From: Eledone cirrhosa
Lineage: Eukaryota
Assembly: GCA_964016885.1 (NCBI GenBank)
Contig: OZ024746.1
Coordinates: 15,996,001 to 16,060,000 of the forward strand
Direction of reading: 5' to 3'
Length of the DNA stretch: 64,000 nt
Part shown: piece by piece, positions 53,218 through 64,000 of the stretch
Numbering within the stretch: position 1 is the stretch's first letter
How the letters are laid out: each line of letters begins with the position of its first letter
Program-made: the position numbers and the translations under genes
The notes under the pieces: generated by a model
The model's input: only the letters and a program-made list of their open reading frames with translations
Database searches by the model: none
What the model was told of the DNA's origin: nothing

Positions 53218-53737
53218 TGTGTGTGTGGGAGAGAAGGATAGAGAGAGTGAAAGACATAATTTATTTAAAAACGAATAAATAAATGAATAAGTGAACAGCT
53301 AAAGTAATTCTGCCAACTTGTGGATTTTACTGGATATTGATCCTGGCTGGTATTGCTATGACTAACAGCAGAGAAATAATTGTTGCAAAAAGAAGGTGTG
53401 TCTGTCTCTATCTCTCTGTCTAGCTAGCTGTGTGTCTATCATTATATCTCTGTCTGTCTGTCTATTGTTAAACTTTATTATGTTATCACTTCCTCTGTTA
53501 CTACACCACAAAACACCTGACCTCACTCTTCTATCACTGTCAAATGGCCAACTGAATTTCACAGCTAACAACAACAACAATAACAATACAATCTTAACAG
53601 AGTTTTTATTCATTTATTTCTCCTTTTTATTTGGATCAACTTCCAACCAACAGTAAGGATGTCTGGAATGTTTTAGCTCCAGAGAAAGATGAACAGTTGG
53701 GTGCATTCAAACGTGTTTCACTTTCCCTCCCTTTCAG

Positions 53738-53930
53738 TGGTTTTGACTGGTTTGAGCTGGTTATAGTTGTATAATTCTGGTCAGCTCTGCTCGCAACCTT
53801 TTAGCTAGTTTTGACTGGTTTCAGCTGGTTATAATTGTGTAACTCTTGGTCAGCTCCGCTCGCATCCTTTTAGCTAGTTTTGACTGGTTTCAGTTGGTTG
53901 TGGTTGTGTAACTCTGTTACCTCTGCTCTC
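53738..53930. repeat. ~69-bp tandem repeat, ~2.7 copies
   Basis: TTTTGACTGGTTT(G/C)AGCTGGTTATA.TTGT.TAA.TCT.. at about 53741, 53810 and 53878. Confidence 0.88.
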
Positions 53931-54245
53931 ACCAGCCCATATATTGGTACCGTTCCCTTCTGGAGGGTGGTGGGGACTTATATTGGCACAATATTGGTTG
54001 ATCCTTTCCAAATATATCCCCATTCTGTTATAATGACAAACATTCTAACTATAAATTACACACATATTAACATCAGCCAGCAGCCACTCATAAACACATA
54101 CACAGATACACACACACACACAAATACATTAACACTAGCCATTCATAGACACATACATACATTCACACACACATTAATATCAGTCACTCATCAACAAGAC
54201 ACTTTTCTTCTCTTATTTCACCCATAAAATGCCGCCATTACTTAC

Positions 54246-54442
54246 AAGGAGCTCAGAAATTAAATTCTAAATGTTTGCATTTTTTTTTTTATTACTGTTT
54301 GTTGTTTAGTTGTTATTTTTTCTTCTTGTTTTTGAATACCGATTTGTTTTATTTATTTATTTTATTTGTTTATGAAGATTCTCCAGCTATTGTGACATTA
54401 TATCTATTTAATCAATTTAGATTTGGTTTGACAGAGAGAGAG
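54246..54442 (-). other. Candidate non-coding exon (197 nt)
   Basis: Minus-strand acceptor TTTTCTGCCATTCCTTACAG with an upstream CACTAAA branch-like site, and donor CTT|GTAAGT. Confidence 0.25.
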
Positions 54443-54505
54443 CTGTAAGGAATGGCAGAAAATATGTAATGTTGTTTAGTGCCAAAATACCACCTTAGCT
54501 CCCTA

Positions 54506-54541
<36 letters not shown>

Positions 54542-54589
54542 GTATGTATATATGTGTGTGTGTAATAAAGGTCACACGACAACTTTAAG

Positions 54590-55495
54590 AAAACAATGTT
54601 TGAAAACAAAATAAGAATGTCTTGAAGGAATTTAGGAAAGACTGTGGTTTTGATAAAATGTCTAACTACTGTTGGAATTGTCTGTAACTTGTCTTGGAAT
54701 GAAAGTTCTCCCAAGCTGGAATCTTGACTTTGTATAATGACACAATGTTATAAGGATTAATTCTGTAATTACAATTCTGATTGAGGAATAAGATTATCTC
54801 ATGTTCTTAGCTTCTTCAAAGACATTAAAGATAGAAGTGAAGCGAAATTACTGCACCTAGGAATGGAAACTAAACTATAGATTCAGCTTACCACTACTGT
54901 AGGCTGTTTACTATGGAAAGCAAAGAAAAGAAAGAACTCTTAACTCCTGATGGAGTCGTAGCAGTGTTGTCCTGACACACTTATGCAATTTACACCTGCT
55001 CAAGTCCATCTCTTTCCAAATCGGAATGCAGCCAATTTCTTCCAGTGTAGGAGAGAGAAATGTAAGAAGGATCGAGGCAGAACTGATCCTAATACTGAAC
55101 TAATACTTTATTTATTGACCTCGAAAGAATGAAAGATAAAGTTGACCTCAGGAAAGCAGTGAACCAGAATAAATACATTTAACTAGATACCTTAACAGCT
55201 CTGCCAATTTGCTGCCTTCTGTTCACTATGACAATACATAAAATATTATTGATTCCTTTTAATTGGGTACAAGGTTTAGAATTATAGTATAGATGATGTT
55301 GGGACATTGTTGCCACTCCAGAATACATTAGCTGTACAAGTGAAATAAAAAATAACTGTGGATTGAAACCAAGTCGCTTGCAAGTGTTTGTCCTTTTTAA
55401 AATCGTGGCATTTACTTCCAAAATGTTTTGGATGAATTTCCAAGAGTTGTACATCATTTTCCCAAACATACAGACAAGCTTTTTATAATCTGTAA
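54590..55495 (+). mobile_element. Possible highly decayed hAT transposase remnant (interrupted by a SINE piece at ~55100-55215)
   Basis: Scattered peptides LKEFRKDCGFDK, FRIIV..MML.DIV and ELYIIFPNIQT resemble hAT C-terminal motifs in order. Many stops and frameshifts. Confidence 0.3.
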
Positions 55496-55504
55496 CTTAC
55501 TCTC

Positions 55505-55716
55505 TGGGTAAAATGCACCCAGTAAATCATAGTGCTTGTATCACAATAAAATCCACCCTGTACACCATGTTGAGTGGTTGGCATTAGGAAGGACATCCAA
55601 CCATAGAAACCATCCCAAAATGAAACATATGAACATGATGTGGGCATCTGACCTGTTTATTCTCAGAATGTGACAACACATCCAACTCACGTCAGTGTGT
55701 AAAACAGATATCAAAC
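55505..55716 (+). mobile_element. RTE-tail-related SINE fragment
   Basis: GTGGTTGGCATTAGGAAGGACATCCAACCATAGAAACC core and a degenerate tail. Confidence 0.75.
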
Positions 55717-55964
55717 AGAGTTAGTTGTAAATAATTAAATATAATGTTTAATAAATGGGAATCTTAATATAATCCTAATATATAAATATATATTATATAC
55801 ACAACTAACTCTGTTTCCTGATATATCTTCACAAAATAGTTGAAATGTTACAACAAAACCTTGCATAGATGTAATGTAATGTTTGGGTGGATGTGTGTTT
55901 GTCAGTATGTCTGTGTGTGTCTGTTAGTACATCCGTCTGTGTGTGTGTTTTCAGCTCCATTATT

Positions 55965-56250
55965 GTGCATGTGTGTATGTTAATACATTCATCTGTATAT
56001 GTGTACACGCATGTGTGTATGCTAGTACATTCATCTGTATATGTGTACACGCATGTTTGTATGCTAGTACATTCATCTATGTGTGTGTACGTGCATGTGT
56101 GTATGTCAGTACATTCATTTGTGTGTGTGTACATGCATGCGTATATGCTAGTACATTCATTTGTGTGTGTGTGTGTACATGCATGTGTGTATGCTTGTAC
56201 ATTCATTTGTGTGTGTGTGTAATGCATGTGTGTATGCTAGTACATTTATG
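55965..56250. repeat. ~36-bp TG-rich minisatellite
   Basis: Recurring GTATGCTAGTACATTCAT(C/T)TGT..GTGTACACGCAT. Confidence 0.9.
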
Positions 56251-56430
56251 TGTGTGTGTGTGTGTGTGTCTACAGACTTGCACATTAATCTGTAATTTGA
56301 GAACCAACATGTGACTTGTTCAAATAAATTTTGTACATGATATTCAAGCAGTATCTCTTACTTGAGACAGACATTCCTCTTGCTTTTACCATCGTTTGAA
56401 TACACACATACATATACACATGTATATATA

Positions 56431-56575
<145 letters not shown>

Positions 56576-56825
56576 CAAACTTATACACACACTCACTGTC
56601 TTCCCCAGTCTCTCCTTCTCATCCAAACTGTTCTCTCTCCCTGCCAAACACTGACCCAATGTACTCATATATACACATATATATACATACTCTCCCCCTC
56701 TTTCTCCCTCTCATCCAAATTGTTCTACTCTCTCTTCCTTCCAAACACTGACCCAACACAAGTGTTGTCCTTCCCCATTTTACTGATTTGCTCTCATTGT
56801 TAGACACTATTATAACTTATCTTGG

Positions 56826-57012
56826 CTGGATTGGCAGTATCGGTAGAGGGTCGGACACCATGCTTTGACGCATAGAGTTACGCCCCTTGCCATTATCAGT
56901 TCAAATAGCGGCGAGGTTAACTTTGCTTTTCATCCTTGCGGGGTCGATAAAATAAAGTACCAGTAATGCACTGAGTAATTGTTGGCCTTGTGCCAAAAGT
57001 AGAAACAATTAT
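56826..57012 (+). mobile_element. tRNA-derived SINE (Deu/Nin-like domain)
   Basis: A-box-like TGGCAGTATCGGTAGAG, B-box-like GTTCAAAT, core CTTTGCTTTTCATCCTTGCGGGGTCGATAAAATAAAGTACCAG and an AT-rich tail. Confidence 0.85.
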
Positions 57013-57259
57013 AACTCGTTACCTTGGCTAAATAATAGTATATTACCACTCTGTATCTACCATCACCACCCCCACTGCCACCACAATCATCATCATAACT
57101 CCCATCACTATTGCCACCATTGCCAGCAATACCATCATCACCATCACTGTCACCATCTCATCACCCTGTGATCTCAGCTGAACTCGCTGATAGATCTCAT
57201 AAGTCTGTCATTCATTAAATTACCTAGATCCCAAACAATCAATGCCAAAGCCTATGGCT

Positions 57260-57522
57260 ATAACATCTGGATAGGTGGAGAGCTTGACATCTGGATAGGA
57301 GGAGAGCTTGACATCTGGATAGGAGGAGAGCTTGACATCTGGATAGGAGGAGAGCTTGACATCTAGATAGGTGGAGAGCTTCACATCTAGATAGGTGGAG
57401 AGTTTGACATCTGGATAGGAGGAGAGATTGATAGTTGGCCATGTCTAGATATGTAGAGAGCTTCACATCTGGCTATGACATCTAGATTGTAAGAAGGCTT
57501 GACATCTAGATAGGTGAAGAGC
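57260..57522. repeat. 24-bp minisatellite ACATCTGGATAGG(A/T)GGAGAGCTTG
   Basis: Tandem periodicity of 24. Confidence 0.93.
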
Positions 57523-58044
57523 TGTAACCACCCCTGGTTCTACAATACAAAACCTTCCATTATAATTTTATGTAGAAAACTTTAAGTTAGGTTCCAAACA
57601 CCTCTGGTTCTATGATACAAAACTGTTGATTTTAAAATGTTTATATATATCTAAAAATCTTCCATCATGTAAGATCCTTTGTTAAGTTATGTTCCAAATA
57701 TCAGCTTAATAATGAGAAAGTTAGTTATAAAACCTTCCATCATAATTTTATGTATGAATCTTTGTTAAGTTATGTTCCAAACAGAAAGTTAGTTATATTA
57801 CTAACTAAATCCTTTTGAATTCTAGATTATTTCTGAAATGATTTGAAAACCATGGGAGATTTCATTTATTCCACATCTGTCTTTTCAACTAATGTGATGT
57901 AGTCATAGTGTTAACTTAATCAACTAAAGCTGTTACCCATAATTTGCATCATCATACTTCAGTGGTAGAAGTTGTTTTTAAAGATAGATATGGGGAAATG
58001 TAGAGAAAGTGCCATCTGAACGAGTATCTTCCACTTCCACTAAC

Positions 58045-58203
58045 TTTCCCTTGCCTTTGGATCCCAGCTGACAGGATGTAGAATACATTGCTCTGGAGGA
58101 CAGCAAGGGAGACATGCTGGAACAGCCACTCCACCTCGCAGGGCTCACGTGCGGCAGCCAACTCCATCCACTGCAATAGCAGTGAGAAGGGAGTGTGTTT
58201 CAT
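58045..58203 (-). mobile_element. CRE-clade-like non-LTR retrotransposon C-terminal fragment
   Basis: REPCEVEWLFQHVSLAVLQSNVFYIL resembles the CRE RLE terminal motif (..FLFQRLSIAIQRGNA..IL). Confidence 0.6.
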
Positions 58204-58424
58204 GAGTAATCTGACAATGAAAGGGTTAAGGAGCTATGATAGTATTTTAGCTATTATTTATAGGTTAGTTGTAAATTGTTAACAGTAGTTTTAATCTGTC
58301 ACTTATAGATCTGTCTGTTGGACCTCTGTAACTGCCACAGGTGTTTGATCAATAAAACAGATTGATTGAGAAATTAACCTGTATCTGGCAGAGCATTCTA
58401 TTGACACAAGCACTGAATTATATG

Positions 58425-58568
58425 GACAACTTATTTTTATTAGTTGAATGGACTTTAGCAATGTGAAATAAAGTATCTTAGTCAAGGACACAATGTGCTA
58501 CTGGGATTTGAACTCATAATCTTACAGTCATATGTCAAATACCCTAACTACTAAGCCATACCTCTTCA
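58425..58568 (-). mobile_element. tRNA-derived SINE with CORE-like segment
   Basis: Minus strand: TGGCTTAGTAGTTAGG (A box), GAGTTCAAATCCC (B box), then TGTGTCCTTGACTAAGATACTTTATTTCACATTGCT. Confidence 0.75.
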
Positions 58569-60519
58569 CTCTTATATTACTAATGCATTTAGAAAAGTGA
58601 TGAACATCACAACACCTATGTCACATATAAAATTTTAATTATCTTGATACCAATCTGGCCAAAACCAGCTCTGGTTCTATAAATCAAAACTGCCTATTTT
58701 AAAGGGTTCCTATTTAGATGTATATCTTCTAACATACATTTATATATGAACAATGTTAATTTTACTATCTCGGTAATGAAATGATTAATCATTTTAGTAA
58801 ATTACTCAAGATTCTTCATTAAGTAATTGAAATATTGTGTATTTCATTAAAAATATAATCAGAAATGGGTTAATCACACTGTGAACAGATGTTTTTGGAT
58901 ATGGCCAAGCAGAAAATATATAATTTTCTATTTATCTTCTGTTTTCTGTTTATCATGCATGCACGAGATGACACTTAATTATTCATTGAATGACTTAACG
59001 AGACAGCCATCTCATCAATGTGTGGCCTTTGACAAGCAGCTTGATCCCTGCAGATATATTCTCAACTTACATTTAGCAGCAGCAGCTCAGATATCAGTGC
59101 CTGGTCCTACCCACACACACTTTCCCGCACTCTCAGTCATGTAAGAACAGTTAGACAATAGTTCCAGATGTGTCTTAGTAACTGTTAACAACAATACAAT
59201 TCTATTAATTATTTCATTTAGAATTATGACTGCAACTTTGCAAATTATTACATTGAAAAAATGTGAAATTTACCCTGAATTTAATCTATTTACCATTAAG
59301 AACATTAGATTGCACCTGTTTAGATAGACTGTATTTATGTATTCAGAAAAAGATTGTAAAGATGATTATAAACTTACTGTAAGGTTCAAATCTAATCAAA
59401 ACATAATTCTATCTTTCATTACTTACCATTCAGTTTCTTGACTAGCAGAACTGGAGGGCTTTCAGTATATTTCTCTTTTAAACCCTTTTATTACCATATC
59501 TTTAATGAATTATCATATGTTTATGATTTTTAAATAATTTTGAAAACAGTCAAGATTTTGGAAGGATTTAGTAATATAGCTAACTTTCTCATTATTAAGC
59601 TGATGTTTGGAACATAACAATTATTCTTAAATAAAATTATGTTATGCGTGGAAAATGGATGTTAAACAATGATAATGATGATAAACATTTTAATCCTTTC
59701 ATTACTCCAATGAAAAACACTGCCTATGGATTTAAAATAATTTTGAATATAATATGGTGTTTGGAACACACTTTAATAAAGGTTCTTACATAGAATTATG
59801 ATAGGTGTTTAGATAAATATAAACACATTAAAATAAACAGCATTGTTTCATAGAACCAGTAGCAGTTTCAAGTGGTTTGGTATCGAAAATGTTAAATATG
59901 TATAAATTTGAATTTTTGCATATGAATTGTTAGAGGAAATCATTTAAGAGTTGGCTAGTTGCTGTTCCTATTGATAAACTATTGAACTGTGAAATATATG
60001 TGGCACCTATGTTCAATTAATGTTTGTCTGGGTTATTTTCGTCTGCTGACCATATGTGTTCAATTAAAGCTTAACCTCTTTGATACCAAACTATCTGAAA
60101 CTGCTCTAGTTCTATAATGAATAAATGTTTATTTTAAATTGTTTGTTTTTCTAAAAAAAAAAGCTTTCATCATAATCTTATGTAAGAGCCCTTGTTATCT
60201 TCCGAACACCTTAATAATGGGAAAGTTGGTTATATTTCTAAATCCCTTCAAATACTTGATTATTTTCAAAATGATTTTAAAATGATTGGCAATATTTTTC
60301 ATTAGAAATGTGGCAAGAAAGGGGTTAAATTATATTTAACTTTTGATCATAATTTTATATGTTTCTTTCTTATTATGAAGCTAGAGTTTAGAACCTTTGT
60401 GTTCTAAACTCCAGCTTCATAATAAGAAAGTTAATTACATTACTAAATCACTCCAAGTTATAATTATTTTCAAAATTATTTGAAAATTATAGTGTCTTTT
60501 ATTAGAAATATTATTGGTG

Positions 60520-60830
60520 AACTACATGATATATGCATCCAGTACTCACAATAAAGATGTTGGTGATAGGAAAGGCATCTAGTCATAGAAAACTTGCCAA
60601 ACAAAAAGTCCTGAAGACTCTTCAGCTGTACTATAAATAGACCATGACCATCTTCCTAGTGTTGGTGATCTACATGATAAATGATCACTTAGTACACTCT
60701 GTAAAGTGGTTGATGATAGGAAGGGCATCCAAATGTATAAAACCTACCAACCACCAGATGGATTCTTCAGCTATTCCATAGACATGACAAACTCTCTACT
60801 GTTGGTGCCAGGGTATAATGCACTCAGTAG
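60520..60830 (+). mobile_element. Tandem degenerate RTE-tail-related SINE segments
   Basis: Two copies of GTTG(G/A)TGATAGGAA(A/G)GGCATC, with a repeated GTTGGTG..AGTAC motif. Confidence 0.65.
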
Positions 60831-62809
60831 AGTGTGGGATCGTATGTTGGACTCTCCAGCTGTATGTCAGAGGTTCTGATTGAGTACTGACTATCTGTGA
60901 TGACATGTAGGGAGAATTGATGTTAAGCATGGTGATGGTAATGAAAAGGTTAATTTTCAATTCTGCTTATTACTGTGATAATATGCTTAGGTCAGTTTTG
61001 ATATAAGTGGAAGTACTTAATGCTAGGCTTGTCCTTGTTTCTGTGTCAGACTGACACAGAAACAATAAAGTTACTTATATAAGGTCAATGTTGACAAATT
61101 TGCAGCCTTAACCATGTAGTTTATAATCTTATACCTCTAAAATTTACAGAGCTGGGGAATGCTAAAAAGAAACTTTAACACTTTTGATACTGACCTGTCT
61201 GAAAGCACCCCTAATTCTATAATACAAAGCCCTAATATTTATCTAAAAATCTTCCATCATAATTTTATGTAAGTACCCCTTTAAGTTATATTCCAGATAC
61301 AGGCTGAATAATGAAAAAAGTCAGGTATATTATTAAATCCCTTCAAATTCCTCATTATTTTGAAAATTATTTAAAAATCATAGGTTATGAATTTTGTAAA
61401 AAAATATGGCAACGAAAGAGTTAAAATCGGTTGTTAAACATACAGTAGGAATGTTAGCTTTACTTAACATATTAGCATAACTGTATGTTTTCTCTTAACC
61501 ACATCTGGGGGGAAAGAGATGGAAATTGTTAGTGAACAGATGATGACTTAAACATTTGTTTTGTTCCATTACAAAATAGTAAAATGACAATCTACAAAGA
61601 AATACCTCCATCTTGTTTGGTTGTTGTTGTTACTATTGTTGTATTTCTTTCTGTTCTACAATATTTGTCTCCTCTCCATCCTCTCTAAAGTAGTAAAATA
61701 AAGTAATATATTTGAAAATCAATGTATTTGAAATGTATAAGAAAGATAAGTGGAGAGTTTGACGTTGAAAGAGAAGAACTGAAGAACATCACCAACAGTT
61801 ACAACAAAAACAACAACATCAATATCATCATCATCACCAGCAACACCAAGAACATCATCATCAGCAAGACCAAGAACATCATAATCATCAATAATATCAT
61901 CATCATCCACAATAACATCATCATCAACAACAACAATAGTACATTCACTGTCAAACTACGTCTTTATTTTCCATACAAATCCATTGATAATCCAGTTCCA
62001 TAGAGATGGAATTTTCAAAAACTATCAAAATAACACAGAAAATAACAGAGAGTACAGAGTGTGTGTGTGTGTTTAATCATCATCATTGTTTAATGGCCAT
62101 TTTCCATGCACTCTGGGTTATATTGTGTGTGGGTGGTGTGTGTGTATATATACATACATATTTTATATGTGTATATATTTTATGTGTATATATATTATAT
62201 ATTTTATATGTGTATATATATTTTTTTTATATATATGTATATATAAATATATGTGTGTATATATATCATCATCATCGTTTAATGTCTATCTTCCACGCTA
62301 GCATGGGTTTATATATATATATAAAGACTATTTTTATGCACATTTTAGATAAAAGCCATTTGGTACTATATAATTCAGTGTGTTGAGTGCAACACGTGGT
62401 ATTAGTGCAGTTGATGTTCAGATATATGACCAAGCACTGCTACCTGGTTAAATTAGAGTGAGAGGAAATAGTAAAGTACAGTGCAAATGTAGATTTTTCA
62501 ATTACTGCAATTATTATTACTACAGTTTCTGGAAAGTGGTGTGTATGTGTACACATGCACGTGTGTGAGAGAGAGAATTACTTGTACAAGGGAAGAAATG
62601 TTTATGTAAGCAATATTTCTATATTGGATAACTGGAAATGACTTAGACTAAAATGACAGATTGAATAGTTTAAGAGTGGTTCTTTTTAATAGTTTTTTTT
62701 AAAGTTTTTTTTTTAGATTTATGATTCTCAGTTGTGTGTTCATATCACAGGAGAATCATCAGTAAATTAAGTATGAACAGTCTATGTATGTATGTATGTG
62801 CGCGCGCGC

Positions 62810-62850
<41 letters not shown>

Positions 62851-62852
62851 GC

Positions 62853-63547
62853 ATAGCAAGTAAGGCAATTAATGATATGGAGACAGGCAAAGTAGCTGGA
62901 CCATCAGGGTCAGTTGCAGAGATGCTGAAAGCATCTGAGATGGTGGGTTACACCTTAACTACTCATATTGTAAACCAGGTAATATAAAATGGTGTCATAC
63001 CCAATGGCTGGCATAATAACATCATTGTCAACTGCTACAAAGGTAAAGGTATTGCACTAGAGAGAGAAAACTATAGAAGCATGAAGTTGATGGAACAGGT
63101 CATGAATGTTGCAGAAAGTTATTGCACAACTTTATTAAGGACCGAGTTAACCTAGATTAGATGCGGTTCAGATTTGTGCTGGGTAAAAATACCACTGATC
63201 CCCTCTTCCTTGTGAGGCAACAGCAGGAGAAGTACATAGCTAAAAGTAAGCCCCTCTAAGCACTTGTTGACCTGAAGAAAGCTTTTGGCAGAGTTCCCTG
63301 TTCCATAATCTGGGGAGAAGGGTTTAAGACTGGCTGCCCATGGGAACTTCTATATACAGATGATCTAACCCTCTTAACTGAATGTATGGCAGAATTAAAG
63401 AAGAAATTCAAAGCCTGGAAGCATAGCTTAGAATCAAAAGATATTAAAGTCAACTTGGCAAAAACTAAATTCCTAGTAGAAAGGAAAACAGGACCCAGAT
63501 CCCTTCAGGCTCTGCTCGGTGTGCAGGAAAGGAGTGGGTAGAAATAG
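62853..63547 (+). mobile_element. Decayed RTE LINE reverse-transcriptase core fragment (internally deleted)
   Basis: KAINDMETGKVAGPSG..AEMLK, CYKGKG..ENYRSMKL, VDLKKAFGRVP, LLYTDDL (YTDD at 63353-63364), IKVNLAKTKFL, then CSVCRKGVGRNS (start of the PHD-like finger). In-frame stops are present. Confidence 0.92.
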
Positions 63548-63865
63548 TAATGACATTCTTTGTAGATCATTAACTGATAACGGTGCCATGACACTGTCAC
63601 AAAACTGCTACTACACTGTGTCACTGTCACTATATTGTGCTTCAATACTGTGTCACTGTCACAATATTGTGCCACAACACTACCACACTCTCTCAAACAG
63701 ATCAATGATATCAACCTCAAATAGCTGACAGGATTAAAAATTATTTTTCCAGCAATCCATCTTTCAACATTAATATTGCAACTGTCAACAATTTTAGCTT
63801 TAATTAGTTCTACAGTCTTTTCCTTGTCACATTGTCTATGATGGACAGTTTTTGCACCAAATAGA

Positions 63866-63998
63866 TTTAACCCATTACCTGTGGAAAACTAAACTATATT
63901 CCACGGCTCTGACACACAATTTAACCCCATTACCTGTGGAAAACTATATTCCATAGCTACTGACACACAATTTAACCATGGGGTTAAATTGTGTGTCA
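63866..63998. repeat. ~52-bp tandem duplication ending in a fold-back hairpin
   Basis: ATTTAACCC(C)ATTACCTGTGGAAAACTA..TATTCCA..GCT..TGACACACA occurs twice. 63961-63977 pairs with 63982-63998. Confidence 0.9.
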
Positions 63999-64000
63999 TT

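Larger units (their letters stand above)
57525..61424. mobile_element. Cluster of ~7 copies of a second TTAA-flanked (piggyBac-like) MITE family B in both orientations
   Basis: Shared core CTGGTTCTAT..CTTCCATCATAATTTTATGTAAG..TTATGTTCCAAACACCAGCTTAATAATGAGAAAG. Copies at ~57525-57870, 58636-58873, 59478-59640(-), 59690-59896(-), 60071-60328, 60330-60520 and 61175-61424. Ends are TTAACC.TTTGATAC and GAAAGGGTTAA-like. A partial copy lies at 51670-51850. Confidence 0.8.

Noticed and set aside
56826-56910. tRNA gene (also 58500-58568 and 19860-19944)
   Set aside because: A/B boxes are present, but I see no intact cloverleaf and each continues into a SINE body.

Overview
This window is AT-rich, repeat-dominated eukaryotic DNA, either intronic or intergenic. 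The SINE, RTE-LINE and microsatellite content resembles an Octopus-like coleoid cephalopod; that assignment is inference, not a database match. I recognise no host protein-coding gene, rRNA, true tRNA or CRISPR array. Almost all ORFs in the track are artefacts of tandem repeats or microsatellites. Roughly 40% of the window is minisatellite or satellite: 20-, ~48-, ~82-, 24-, 47-, 43/29-, 23- and 16-bp units, with arrays up to 9 kb. Most of the rest is decayed transposable elements: RTE-clade LINEs (one family with a PHD-like finger inside the RT region), an R4/Dong-like RLE LINE, a Penelope-like GIY-YIG element, a CRE-like 3' end, tRNA-derived SINEs, TTAA (piggyBac-like) MITEs and TA (Tc1/mariner-like) MITEs. 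The most unusual structures are: (1) a near-perfect 316-bp palindrome (155-bp arms) inside a satellite, whose arm carries a degenerate Penelope-type hammerhead ribozyme motif; (2) several smaller fold-back hairpins with template-switch signatures; (3) a piggyBac-like MITE flanked by a 93-bp TTAA-to-TTAA direct duplication; (4) a Penelope/R4 junction; (5) weak candidate spliced exons and a CTCF-like motif. I found no convincing new multi-gene system.
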